From Bdellovibrionota bacterium (GTDB lineage Bacteria > Bdellovibrionota_C > UBA2361 > OMII01), in contig JBIJBE010000055.1 in assembly GCA_044345405.1 (NCBI GenBank), positions 1-19,062 on the forward strand: DNA of 19,062 nt, written 5' to 3'. The stretch's first letter is position 1; every line of letters starts with the position of its first letter. This document shows positions 1 to 8,469 of the stretch, piece after piece. The notes under the pieces were generated by a model. That model was not told where the DNA came from. It worked only from the letters and a program-made list of their open reading frames with translations, and did no database searches. Position numbers and translations under genes: made by a program.

Positions 1-402
1 GCCCTCCGATCGCGCTAGTTCGCACATAATCAAAATGCAACAACCCGTGATCCCGGAGGGCGGTCATTCCTGACCGCCGCGTTGCAAGACGCGAGGGTAT
101 TGTGCGACGCGCGGCTTTTCGGCGACCAGGAATGGTCGCCCTCCGATCTCGCTAGTTCGCACATAATCAAAATGCCACAACCCGTGATCCCGGAGGGCGG
201 TCATTCCTGACCGCCGCGTTACAAGACGCGAAGGTATTGTGCGACACGCGGCTTTTTGGCGACCAGGAATGGTCGCCCTCCGATCGCGCTAGTTCGCACA
301 TAATCAAAATGCAACAACCCGTGATCCCGGAGGGCGGTCATTCCTGACCGCCGCGTTACAAGACGCGAAGGTATTGTGCGACACGCAGCTTTTTGGCGAC
401 CA
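1..402. repeat. Tandem array of about three 137-bp units built from inverted REP-like palindromes (BIME/REPIN-like); truncated by the window start
   Basis: Units begin GCCCTCCGATC at 1, 138 and 275 (period 137, few substitutions). Hairpin A, GGAGGGCGGTCATTCCTGACCGCC, is at 55-78, 192-215 and 329-352. Hairpin B, GGCGACCAGGAATGGTCGCCCTCC, is in the opposite orientation at 121-144 and 258-281, and interrupted at 395-443. Confidence 0.92.
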
Positions 403-427
403 GCCTGTCCCGAGCGCAGTCGAGGGA
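403..427. repeat. 25-bp short repeat element inserted into the last REP-like hairpin
   Basis: GCCTGTCCCGAGCGCAGTCGAGGGA lies between GGCGACCA (395-402) and GGAATGGTC (428-436), which are contiguous in the other two copies. It resembles the widespread 'CCTGAGC...GTCGAAGG' short intergenic repeat type (from memory). Confidence 0.6.
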
Positions 428-483
428 GGAATGGTCTGCCTCCCGGCATCGCGGGTTCGAACGAGGCAAGCCTCTGGGAGTAT

Positions 484-1260
484 CTAATTAAACCTCGCCC
501 CCGGCGCCGCGCTTCTCACGAAACTCAACACTGACGCGGCTTGAATATTCGTGTTATCACTTGGTCCACCTGACACCCGACACGCCGCTGGTCCTGCTCG
601 CACGATCGCTACGATTCCAGGTTGCCCGTCGTTTCCGTCTAATAAGAGAGATCCACCGGAATCACCCTGGCACGTATCGCCACTTCCATCACTGAGAGAG
701 TCGACTGAAAAATCAGAAACCCCGATTACCTCAAGCGAGGTCGCTTTGAGTGGTGCCTCACCACTTTCAATACGACCGATGTAACTATCATCGTTCTGAT
801 CAAGTCCGAAACCGTACGTTACGACGGTATCACCCACGGCCACGCCGCGGGACCTGTTGATGGGAACAGGACTAACCGGCGCGTTCTGACCGATCGTCAC
901 TATCGCCACATCATTCTGATCGGATGGTGAGAATGGATTAAAGTTTGGATGAACCTGAACCCGAGATGACCTATAGGAAAAATATTGAGAACGGATCGTC
1001 GCGGAGGTTCCACCATCAGCGAAACAATGCGCCGCGGTGAGCACCTGATTGGTCGTGATAAAGGTACCACTACAGTATCCAACGGATGTATCAACAACGA
1101 CGATCTGACTGGGAGCGTCGGGGCACTCGGACCCACCCGCAATCTTCAAGGTTACGCAGACGTCGGTAACAGGGTCTGAGCCACCGCCTCCTCCTCCACA
1201 TCCCGCAACCGTTATCGATGCCACCGAAACCATAGCTATGAGTGAAAGCTTTACCTGCAT
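484..1260 (-). CDS. Trypsin-like S1 family serine protease, probable lipoprotein
   Basis: Catalytic triad motifs LTAAHC, NDVAIV and CQGDSGG. N-terminal hydrophobic signal ending in lipobox-like VAGC, followed by a Gly linker. Confidence 0.93.
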   Translation of the reverse strand: MQVKLSLIAMVSVASITVAGCGGGGGGSDPVTDVCVTLKIAGGSECPDAPSQIVVVDTSVGYCSGTFITTNQVLTAAHCFADGGTSATIRSQYFSYRSSRVQVHPNFNPFSPSDQNDVAIVTIGQNAPVSPVPINRSRGVAVGDTVVTYGFGLDQNDDSYIGRIESGEAPLKATSLEVIGVSDFSVDSLSDGSGDTCQGDSGGSLLLDGNDGQPGIVAIVRAGPAACRVSGGPSDNTNIQAASVLSFVRSAAPGARFN

Positions 1261-1540
1261 GTCTTCGTCCTTCTTTATCTTGAGCTCACTCGGATAGCCG
1301 TGAGAACGGTACCCAACCCGCTGCCTGTAGGTCGACCGATACCTGATTTACTGGATGATTGAAAGCCAATTTCGCCCCGAGCCCGTGTCAGACCGGCTAG
1401 TTAGGAGCCCAAAATCGGGCCCGCCGTTGAAATCAAACGATACGCATGATACCAACTACCCATCGAGCGGCCGTGTTGCGCCTCATATAGATGCGGTTGT
1501 CGCGCGCTCTCATTTCTCTATCTAACGCAAAGGAAACCCC

Positions 1541-2665
1541 ATGGGATTTACGTGTGGTATCGTTGGACTTCCCAACGTTGGCAAATCGACCATCTTCAAC
1601 GCGCTCACCTCGGCTAAAGCCGCCGCGGCGAACTTCCCCTTTTGCACTATCGAGCCGAACACCGGAGCTGTTCCGGTCCCCGACCCTCGCCTTGAGATAC
1701 TCGCTAACCTCGCCAAGTCAGCGAAGTTGATTCCGGCTCAAATGACCTTCGTGGACATCGCGGGACTCATCCGTGGAGCCTCAAAGGGAGAAGGTCTCGG
1801 CAACCAATTCCTCGGTCACATTCGAAGCGTTGACGCCATCGCTCATGTGGTGCGGTGCTTCGACGATGAAAACATCGTGCACGTCGATGGCGGAGTCAAC
1901 CCACGTCGAGACGTAGAAACGATCGACACGGAGCTTATCCTCTCCGACCTCGACGCCGTTCAAAAAGCGAAGCTCAAACTTGAGAAGGTGGCGAAATCTG
2001 GGGATAAAACCGCGAAGGCTCGCGTCACCCTTCTTGAGGGATTGGAGTCGTGGCTCAATCAAGGAAAACCAGCACGAGCATTCAAAACATCTTCGCAGTT
2101 CTCCGGAAGCGAGGAAGATTGGAGCGAGGTATCGAGCAACCTTCTTACCTCGAAGCCAGTGCTCTTCGTGGCTAACGTGCATGAGAAAGATCTCCTTCAC
2201 GTTCCAACACCTGGAGGCAGTCACCCTATCGATTCGTTGGCCGCCTACGCCGCGGAGCAAAACTCGCCACTCGTCACGATCTCGGGCCAAGTTGAGGCCG
2301 AGATCGCTGAGCTGAACGCCGTGGAGCGCAAAGAGTTCCTCGCCTCCATGGGTGTAGAGCAATCCGGTCTCGACCGTCTTACGATCGCTGGGTACAAACT
2401 CCTTGAGCTCATCACCTTCTTCACCATCGGACCAAAAGAGGCTCACGCATGGACCGCCAAGGCAGGTAGCACAGGACCTCAATGCGCAGGAAAGATTCAC
2501 TCTGACTTCGAGCGAGGATATATCCGAGCTGAGGTTATCTCGTACGAGGACTACGCCGCCGCGGGCTCTGAGGTGAAGGCCAAAGAGAACGGAAAGATGC
2601 GCACGGAAGGGAAGGAATACATCATGCAGGATGGCGATATCGTGCATTTCCGGTTCAACGTATAG
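1541..2665 (+). CDS. ychF: Redox-regulated ATPase YchF (Obg family)
   Basis: GIVGLPNVGKST P-loop, ANFPFCTIEPN, DIAGLIRGASKGEGLGNQFL, and a C-terminal TGS region ending EGKEYIMQDGDIVHFRFNV. AAGGA RBS upstream. Confidence 0.98.
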   Translation: MGFTCGIVGLPNVGKSTIFNALTSAKAAAANFPFCTIEPNTGAVPVPDPRLEILANLAKSAKLIPAQMTFVDIAGLIRGASKGEGLGNQFLGHIRSVDAIAHVVRCFDDENIVHVDGGVNPRRDVETIDTELILSDLDAVQKAKLKLEKVAKSGDKTAKARVTLLEGLESWLNQGKPARAFKTSSQFSGSEEDWSEVSSNLLTSKPVLFVANVHEKDLLHVPTPGGSHPIDSLAAYAAEQNSPLVTISGQVEAEIAELNAVERKEFLASMGVEQSGLDRLTIAGYKLLELITFFTIGPKEAHAWTAKAGSTGPQCAGKIHSDFERGYIRAEVISYEDYAAAGSEVKAKENGKMRTEGKEYIMQDGDIVHFRFNV

Positions 2666-2833
2666 CGGCATACGGCCCACGAGATATCTCATGATTCAGA
2701 GCCGCTAGCGGAGCGGTGCGACACCGTTCTAGCGCACGCCACAGGGTGCGGTGACTTTTAGCATCTAAGTCACCTCAGTATCATCCTATCTGACGGGTAG
2801 ATCCCGTCACATCCCTAGGCGAATCCGGTTCCT

Positions 2834-3532
2834 ATGAACTCGTCCGCGTTTCCACTCCTGGCCTCAACATCGATCACCATCGTGTCGATCCTCGTTGGAG
2901 TCTTTTCGTACCGATCTCTTGAAGGAGAGAGCGTCGGCAATTCGATCTCACTGGGAAAGCTTGGGGCAACGCCCACGCAGTACTACGTTATTGAACCAGC
3001 AGATCCTAAAACGTGCGTTGGGAACCTCTCCATCTCTGTCGCGGCGGTCTCGAGTCAAACCACGCTTACCCTTCAGGGATGGGTACTGGTAGGACTTTAT
3101 GATCGGGTTGAGCCAGTAAAGCTTGAGGCAACGATGCTCTTCAACGCGCTGGGGCAATTAAGCGTATCACTTCTCACCATCAACCTCTCTCACGAGTCTC
3201 CACGCCTCGGCACGATCGGGGTAAACCCCATCACGGTTCAGCTCTATCGCGGGAATGGGAGCGACAAGCCTCTCTTGGAGCACTCTTTGCCAGGGCCAAT
3301 CACACTCTCCCTTCACGAGGAGATGTACCAACTCAACGTGCCTCTCCTTCCGGCGTTTCAAGGGCTCGACATTGCCGGAGGCTCACGTGCGCTCACCTCC
3401 CTGTCCATCATTCCGGCGACACATGACCGCTCCTGCGATGCCGCCACCGCTCGGCACATCGATCTCGAACCTTTGACCAGACTAGCGGATTCACTGCGAC
3501 ATGCTCTTCCTGGGATTCTATCTGGCTTATGA
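2834..3532 (+). CDS. Hypothetical membrane-anchored or exported protein
   Basis: 232-aa ORF with an N-terminal hydrophobic segment. Its stop overlaps the next start (ATGA at 3529-3532). Confidence 0.75.
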   Translation: MNSSAFPLLASTSITIVSILVGVFSYRSLEGESVGNSISLGKLGATPTQYYVIEPADPKTCVGNLSISVAAVSSQTTLTLQGWVLVGLYDRVEPVKLEATMLFNALGQLSVSLLTINLSHESPRLGTIGVNPITVQLYRGNGSDKPLLEHSLPGPITLSLHEEMYQLNVPLLPAFQGLDIAGGSRALTSLSIIPATHDRSCDAATARHIDLEPLTRLADSLRHALPGILSGL

Positions 3533-5202
3533 ACCCGATCGTCACCCTTCTTAGACCGAAAGCCCTCGCCTTTCGGAACGGCATCCTGAAGAGCACTACG
3601 GCGGCTCAACGGGGACAGAGTATCGCGATCGCGGTATTCTCGTTGATTGTCATGGCCACCCTCTTTTTCGCGACCCGCTGGGGATTAGAGCAACTCACAA
3701 ATATCCCTCTCCTCGTCTATGTTCCCCCATCCCTGCCCCTCAGCTTGATGCTCATGATGCTCCTGGTCATGACCTCACTCACGGCGCTCGCCTCAGCGCT
3801 CGGATCCTTTTATTTAGCGGACGATGTAGAGACTATCCTCGCGTCACCAACTTCCTCACTCTCGTTCTTCGTCGCTCGCCTCATCTATGTCCTGTGTACG
3901 GTGGCGTGGATGCCGTTTATTTTTATCTCCCCCGTGTTAGCCGCGATGGCGACCAGTTACCAGTTATCGGCATGGTTTGTCCCCCTATCGATAGCGACGT
4001 TCATCCCTTACTTTCTAATTCCCGCCGCAATCGGAACCCTCGTTGCCACTATCTTCATGGCAACCATCAATCAACGATGGGCAAAGATGGTGGTTAGGGT
4101 CGCTATCCTGATGGCTATCGCCTGCGTGCTGTACGTTTTGCACGGTCTGGTTGACGCGGTGACGACACGTTCAACCGATGGACAGATGCTTCGCCTCGCC
4201 TCCTCGCTCTCTTTGGCGCAATCACCGTGGCTTCCATCGGCGTGGGCCGCGACGATCCTTTCGGAGATCCTCGTTCCCTCAGGAAGGAACATCGCCGGTC
4301 GATTGACGCTTCTCTATTCATGCGCAATCGCGGTAACTGGGCTTGCCCACATCGCTCTCCACACACTGCACCCCCGCGGCTTTTCACGGGCGCTCTCACG
4401 ACGAGCGGTGGTCTCCGCGACCTCACGCGCGAGCACCGCCCGAGGAAAGACGACCCTTCCACAACCCGCGGCTCTCATCCAAAAAGATCTGCGCTCCCTC
4501 ACTCGCGATGTCGCACAGAGCACTCAAATTCTATTCCTCGGCGGTCTCTGTCTCTTCTACCTCGGAAACCTCAACACCTTTGTGACCCTCGATTCCTTCG
4601 CGACCGACGCGAGCGTAAATTGGCAACGCGCATTTTTCATTATTCACACCGCTATTACCGCGTTCTTCACATCCTCCATCTGCACACGACTCGTGTTCAC
4701 GTCGATCTCCCTTGAGGGAAAAAGCTACTGGATCCTTCAAACAGCGCCTGTCCTTTTCCGCGACATCCTCCGGGCGAAATTTTTGGGATGGTATATCCCG
4801 ATAGCTGCGCTTTCATCGCTCCTCTTCTCAATCGGCACACACATCTTGATCGGGCGTTGGGATATCACCCTCCTGTTTGGGCTCCTGAGCTTCTACGTAA
4901 GTTACGGGATCGTCGGAATGGGAATAGGTCTTGGGGCCTATTTCGCGGACTTTTCATGGGAGCATCCATCACAGCTAGCGCTAAGCGTTGGAAGCTTGGT
5001 CTACATGCTCTCGAGCGCTACGCTCGTACTTCTCAATATATTCCCCATGGGAATCCTTCTCCACCTTCTCCTGATCCGAAACCCAACCCCTACTCGCGTC
5101 GCTCTCATCAGCGCTGTAGCGATGACGATCGCTTTAATAAACCTCCTCGTAGCCAGGATTACCCTTCGATTAGGTGAGCGCTCGAACATCACCCTTGAGT
5201 GA
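3529..5202 (+). CDS. Putative ABC-2-type transporter permease (two-module polytopic membrane protein)
   Basis: 557 aa with many TM helices. Motifs FYLADDVETILASP, WLPSAWA, ALIQKDLR and SISLEGKSYWILQTAPV...ILRAKF are typical of putative ABC exporter permeases. Confidence 0.8.
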   Translation: MNPIVTLLRPKALAFRNGILKSTTAAQRGQSIAIAVFSLIVMATLFFATRWGLEQLTNIPLLVYVPPSLPLSLMLMMLLVMTSLTALASALGSFYLADDVETILASPTSSLSFFVARLIYVLCTVAWMPFIFISPVLAAMATSYQLSAWFVPLSIATFIPYFLIPAAIGTLVATIFMATINQRWAKMVVRVAILMAIACVLYVLHGLVDAVTTRSTDGQMLRLASSLSLAQSPWLPSAWAATILSEILVPSGRNIAGRLTLLYSCAIAVTGLAHIALHTLHPRGFSRALSRRAVVSATSRASTARGKTTLPQPAALIQKDLRSLTRDVAQSTQILFLGGLCLFYLGNLNTFVTLDSFATDASVNWQRAFFIIHTAITAFFTSSICTRLVFTSISLEGKSYWILQTAPVLFRDILRAKFLGWYIPIAALSSLLFSIGTHILIGRWDITLLFGLLSFYVSYGIVGMGIGLGAYFADFSWEHPSQLALSVGSLVYMLSSATLVLLNIFPMGILLHLLLIRNPTPTRVALISAVAMTIALINLLVARITLRLGERSNITLE

Positions 5203-5259
5203 CCCACAGGCGCTCTGAGCGCTCACTGAGCGCAGCGAGTGTAACCTTGCAGAAAGGGG

Positions 5260-7797
5260 TTGAATCTGTTTGTATTCCCGACAAGGATGACTATCGCTCT
5301 ACCCCTCTTATTTTTCATCTTTTCTCTCTTTTTCGGAGCTCTTATCGCGAGGCCGATCCTGCTTCGCTTTCGAAGCGCGGCACTGATTGTAGCGACAGCG
5401 TGGTTTGCAGGGCAGTACGTCAGCGCGTTTTGTACCTACTATCTAAGTGTAGCGCTTGTCTCTATCGGCCAATCGGAAGTACTCCTCAAATCCTGCCTCA
5501 TCTTTCCGATCGTAGTGACATCCCTCTCAGTTTTATTCTTTCGAGGATATGTCACGAGAGGGCTCCAGGCCGTTTTTACTCAGGCGCACAAAGGATACGC
5601 ACGTGGCGACATGATTGCATGCGCCGCTGGATTCGCGTTCTCATTTTTCTTTTTCCTCTCCCACTTAAGACTGGACGGAAACCTGATAAAGATCTCGCTC
5701 GTATATTGGGACTTCTCGATTCACCTTCCAGTCATTCAAGGCTTTGCTCTCGGCGACAACTTCCCCGCTGAAAATAACTCACTGTCTGGAGTTCCCCTAA
5801 CCTACCATTTCTTCTTTGACTTCCTGGTGTCGATGTACGCGGCTCTTGGATTAGACGTGGTACTCGGCATGAACGCCGTAACCATCATAAGCTTCGGATT
5901 TTTACTAATGACCGCATATGGCCTAACCCTCGAGTTTATGTGGTCACGGACGGCGGGGTGTATCGCTATGGCTCTGGTGCCAACTTCCGGGAGTCTCCGA
6001 TTCGTCCTCGACCTGGTCGATATCTGGACCGGCACACTTCATCAGCGGCTCTCCCGGTTAACGGACCACCCCTATTACGCCGCGATCCCCCCTCATGCTA
6101 TCGCCGGACACAACGGTAACATGTTCAATATTTTTTACTTCCTCGTCGAACGTCAAATGATCTTCGCGAGCATTTTCCTTCTCATCAGCATCGCGATTCT
6201 TCACTATCGTCGGTCATTCTCGATTGGCCTCTTGCTCGTCGTCGGTGTCGCCGCTGGGGCTTTTATCCACTGGCATCTCTTCGTAACCATCTCCGTGGCG
6301 ATGATGCTCGGGGGGACCGCGCTACTAGGCTCTCATCGCGTCGCTACCGCCACTATCTTGCTCACGATGCTCCTTGTCACGGGGTATCAGGCTCTCGAGA
6401 TGCGGTACCTAACCCAATCGGACCTCTTCTTTTTTGAGATTCGTGACTATCCTCAGTTCAATCCTCAATTCCCCACCATGAATCCAAGCGACAGCAGAAC
6501 AGGATATCCACTCACCATTCGAAACTTCCTCTGGTACTATCTCTTCGCCTACGGAGTGAAGGTTGTTTTTATCCCCTTGGGTCTTGTGTGGCTCTGGAAA
6601 CGACAACGGCAACTCGCCGTCATTTTTTTGGCGCTCATCGTCCCGACCTTTATCGCCATTAACACGGTTCAGCTGTCTCCCCTATCAGTGTATGACAACC
6701 ACAAATGGCTTCGTCCCTTGAACGTTGTGCTTGATATCCTCGTCGCGTGGGCGATCGCTACATTTTTTCTTAACAAAAAGACGCTTGCGCGACGTTCTGT
6801 GGGGATATGCGCCATAACACTCTGCACTGCGTCTGGCATCATCGATCTTCTCCCCTATTTGGCACCCGTAAAGGGGACCGACCGAGAAAAAGTCTACGCC
6901 CACCGGCATACACCCCTTACCGATGCGCTTGAGGCATTCACCCCACGCCAATCAAATTTTTTGGCGAGTAGCGCCTTGGAGGTACACCTCGCCGGGCGCC
7001 GTACATTCCTTTCCAACTCCTACGATGAGCCTGGCGCAGTCGGGATGGCCACCTCCTTTCGAATTAATGAGGGACCACGACAGATCATACGCGCCCAAAT
7101 TTATAACGCCACTAGCGCACAAGAGCTCTGCCAGATTGCGAAAAGTCACCATATCGATTACGTCGAGCAGAGCGATGCGTCCCCCTCCATTCGCGCGCGC
7201 CCCGAGCATTCCGAGTGGCCGTTCGTTTCAGGAAAAGATCGTAGGGGGCGTGAAATCTCATTTCTGGATGTCGCTTCGCTCTGTGACAAGGTTAGGTTAT
7301 CCGAGGCACCGTCAGTAAACACCAAAGAGGAGGTCGCTCAACTCTCCGCCAATGAACGAAAGAGCGCTATCGCGCTCTCCTCCATAGCGCCCATCTCAAC
7401 ACAGGCTGGCTTCGCGCCTCCTAAAACCAATAAATCGTTTCAAGGGAGCCCGCTCCAGCTAGCCGGGAAGATCTATGAGAGCGGGCTAGGACTACATGCG
7501 CCAACCGTCCTCACATATGCAGTCCCGTCGGACAGCACATTATTGAGCGGTATCGTGGGGCTCGATGATGTGGTTTCCTGCAAGGGGCATTCAGTCGTGT
7601 TCCGAATACTGGATGAATCAGGAAGAACTCTTTTTGACAGTGGATTACTGGTAGTACCCTCCGAGCCGCGAGCGTTTGCCGTAGATGTCACAAGCACCAA
7701 AAAGATCACCCTCTCGGTATCCGATTCTGGCGATGGAATTGCTTGCGATCACGTAGACCTGGCAGATCTCTTTTTCTCCCGCGCCAAGCAATCGTAA
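5260..7797 (+). CDS. Large polytopic membrane protein, GT-C glycosyltransferase-like, with a C-terminal NPCBM/NEW2 carbohydrate-binding domain
   Basis: Many TM segments. The early extracytoplasmic loop WDFSIHL...FPAEN...G.PLTYHFFFD resembles GT-C fold proteins. The C-terminal NKS..G.PLQLAGKIYESGLGLHAP...GIVGLDD...SVVFRI...GDGIACDHVDLAD matches NPCBM. Start uncertain (TTG 5260 or ATG 5287). Confidence 0.75.
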   Translation: MNLFVFPTRMTIALPLLFFIFSLFFGALIARPILLRFRSAALIVATAWFAGQYVSAFCTYYLSVALVSIGQSEVLLKSCLIFPIVVTSLSVLFFRGYVTRGLQAVFTQAHKGYARGDMIACAAGFAFSFFFFLSHLRLDGNLIKISLVYWDFSIHLPVIQGFALGDNFPAENNSLSGVPLTYHFFFDFLVSMYAALGLDVVLGMNAVTIISFGFLLMTAYGLTLEFMWSRTAGCIAMALVPTSGSLRFVLDLVDIWTGTLHQRLSRLTDHPYYAAIPPHAIAGHNGNMFNIFYFLVERQMIFASIFLLISIAILHYRRSFSIGLLLVVGVAAGAFIHWHLFVTISVAMMLGGTALLGSHRVATATILLTMLLVTGYQALEMRYLTQSDLFFFEIRDYPQFNPQFPTMNPSDSRTGYPLTIRNFLWYYLFAYGVKVVFIPLGLVWLWKRQRQLAVIFLALIVPTFIAINTVQLSPLSVYDNHKWLRPLNVVLDILVAWAIATFFLNKKTLARRSVGICAITLCTASGIIDLLPYLAPVKGTDREKVYAHRHTPLTDALEAFTPRQSNFLASSALEVHLAGRRTFLSNSYDEPGAVGMATSFRINEGPRQIIRAQIYNATSAQELCQIAKSHHIDYVEQSDASPSIRARPEHSEWPFVSGKDRRGREISFLDVASLCDKVRLSEAPSVNTKEEVAQLSANERKSAIALSSIAPISTQAGFAPPKTNKSFQGSPLQLAGKIYESGLGLHAPTVLTYAVPSDSTLLSGIVGLDDVVSCKGHSVVFRILDESGRTLFDSGLLVVPSEPRAFAVDVTSTKKITLSVSDSGDGIACDHVDLADLFFSRAKQS

Positions 7798-7816
7798 GTG
7801 GAAGAGGTCCGAACCT

Positions 7817-8210
7817 CGTCACGCAAATCTTGGCGGAAGCCAAATTTGCGTAGAAAACATTCTGCGGACACCAACTGAGTAAGGAGTAATGGAGGAAAGG
7901 GGTCGCAAGGGGCATCCGCCCCTAGCCCGTCACGCAAATCTTGGCGGAAGCCAAGTTTACGTAGGAAACATTCTGCGTAGACACCAACTGAGTAAGGAGT
8001 AATGGAGGAAAGGGGTCGCAAGGGGCATCCGCCCCTAGCCCGTCACGCAAATCTTGGCGGAAGCCAAGTTTGCGTAGGAAAAACGGCGCAGCAAAATTGG
8101 ACCGGGGAGAAAAAGAGAGAAGAGATGGTGCGGGTAGCGAACGGGGTCGCTAGGGGCATCCGCCCCTAGCCCGTCACGCAAATCTTGGCGGAAGCCAAGT
8201 TTGCGTAGGA
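7817..8210. repeat. Array of four hairpin-forming repeats downstream of tRNA-Lys
   Basis: Core CGTCACGCAAATCTTGGCGGAAGCCAA(G/A)TTT(G/A)CGTAG starts at 7817, 7928, 8041 and 8172 (spacings 111, 113, 131). Copies 2-4 are preceded by GGGGTCGC(A/T)AGGGGCATCCGCCCCTAGCC, a second hairpin. The first two linkers are near-identical. Confidence 0.9.
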
Positions 8211-8217
8211 AAAAAAC

Positions 8218-8290
<73 letters not shown>

Positions 8291-8469
8291 ACAAGTCTAT
8301 ATACTACCGAGTGCCCATCCCCCGGAGCCTTGGCGAAGGGGGAAGCTATCGGCCCCTACAGACTAGAGACGCATGGACTATACGGAATTATAACGAACTT
8401 GTCATCACTCGGGGACCACGACCACGCCCTTGGAGCCTAAAAGCCTCAAAAATCACCCCTGCAGGCCGC

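Noticed and set aside
1-445. CRISPR array interpretation of the first repeat region
   Set aside because: Whole 137-bp units repeat, including the would-be spacers, and there are no cas genes in the window.
219-449. 76-aa minus-strand ORF
   Set aside because: It lies within the repeat array and is a translation of the palindromes, with no protein features.
451-475. GGGTTCGAAC T-loop-like sequence suggesting a tRNA
   Set aside because: No compatible T stem, anticodon arm or acceptor stem could be folded around it.
1427-1455. Sigma70 promoter for ychF (TTGAAA)
   Set aside because: The -10 at 17 bp spacing (TACCAA) is too weak to call.
1781-2692. 303-aa antisense ORF
   Set aside because: Shadow ORF opposite the highly conserved ychF, with no recognisable motifs.
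7706-8210. CRISPR or coding interpretation of the second repeat array (ORFs 7706-7915 and 7749-8021)
   Set aside because: Linkers are too long and two are near-identical, and there are no cas genes. The ORFs only translate the repeats.
7798-8217. Intact prophage or integrative element at tRNA-Lys
   Set aside because: There is no integrase or cargo gene. Only a short degenerate att-like match exists, reported above as a speculative finding.
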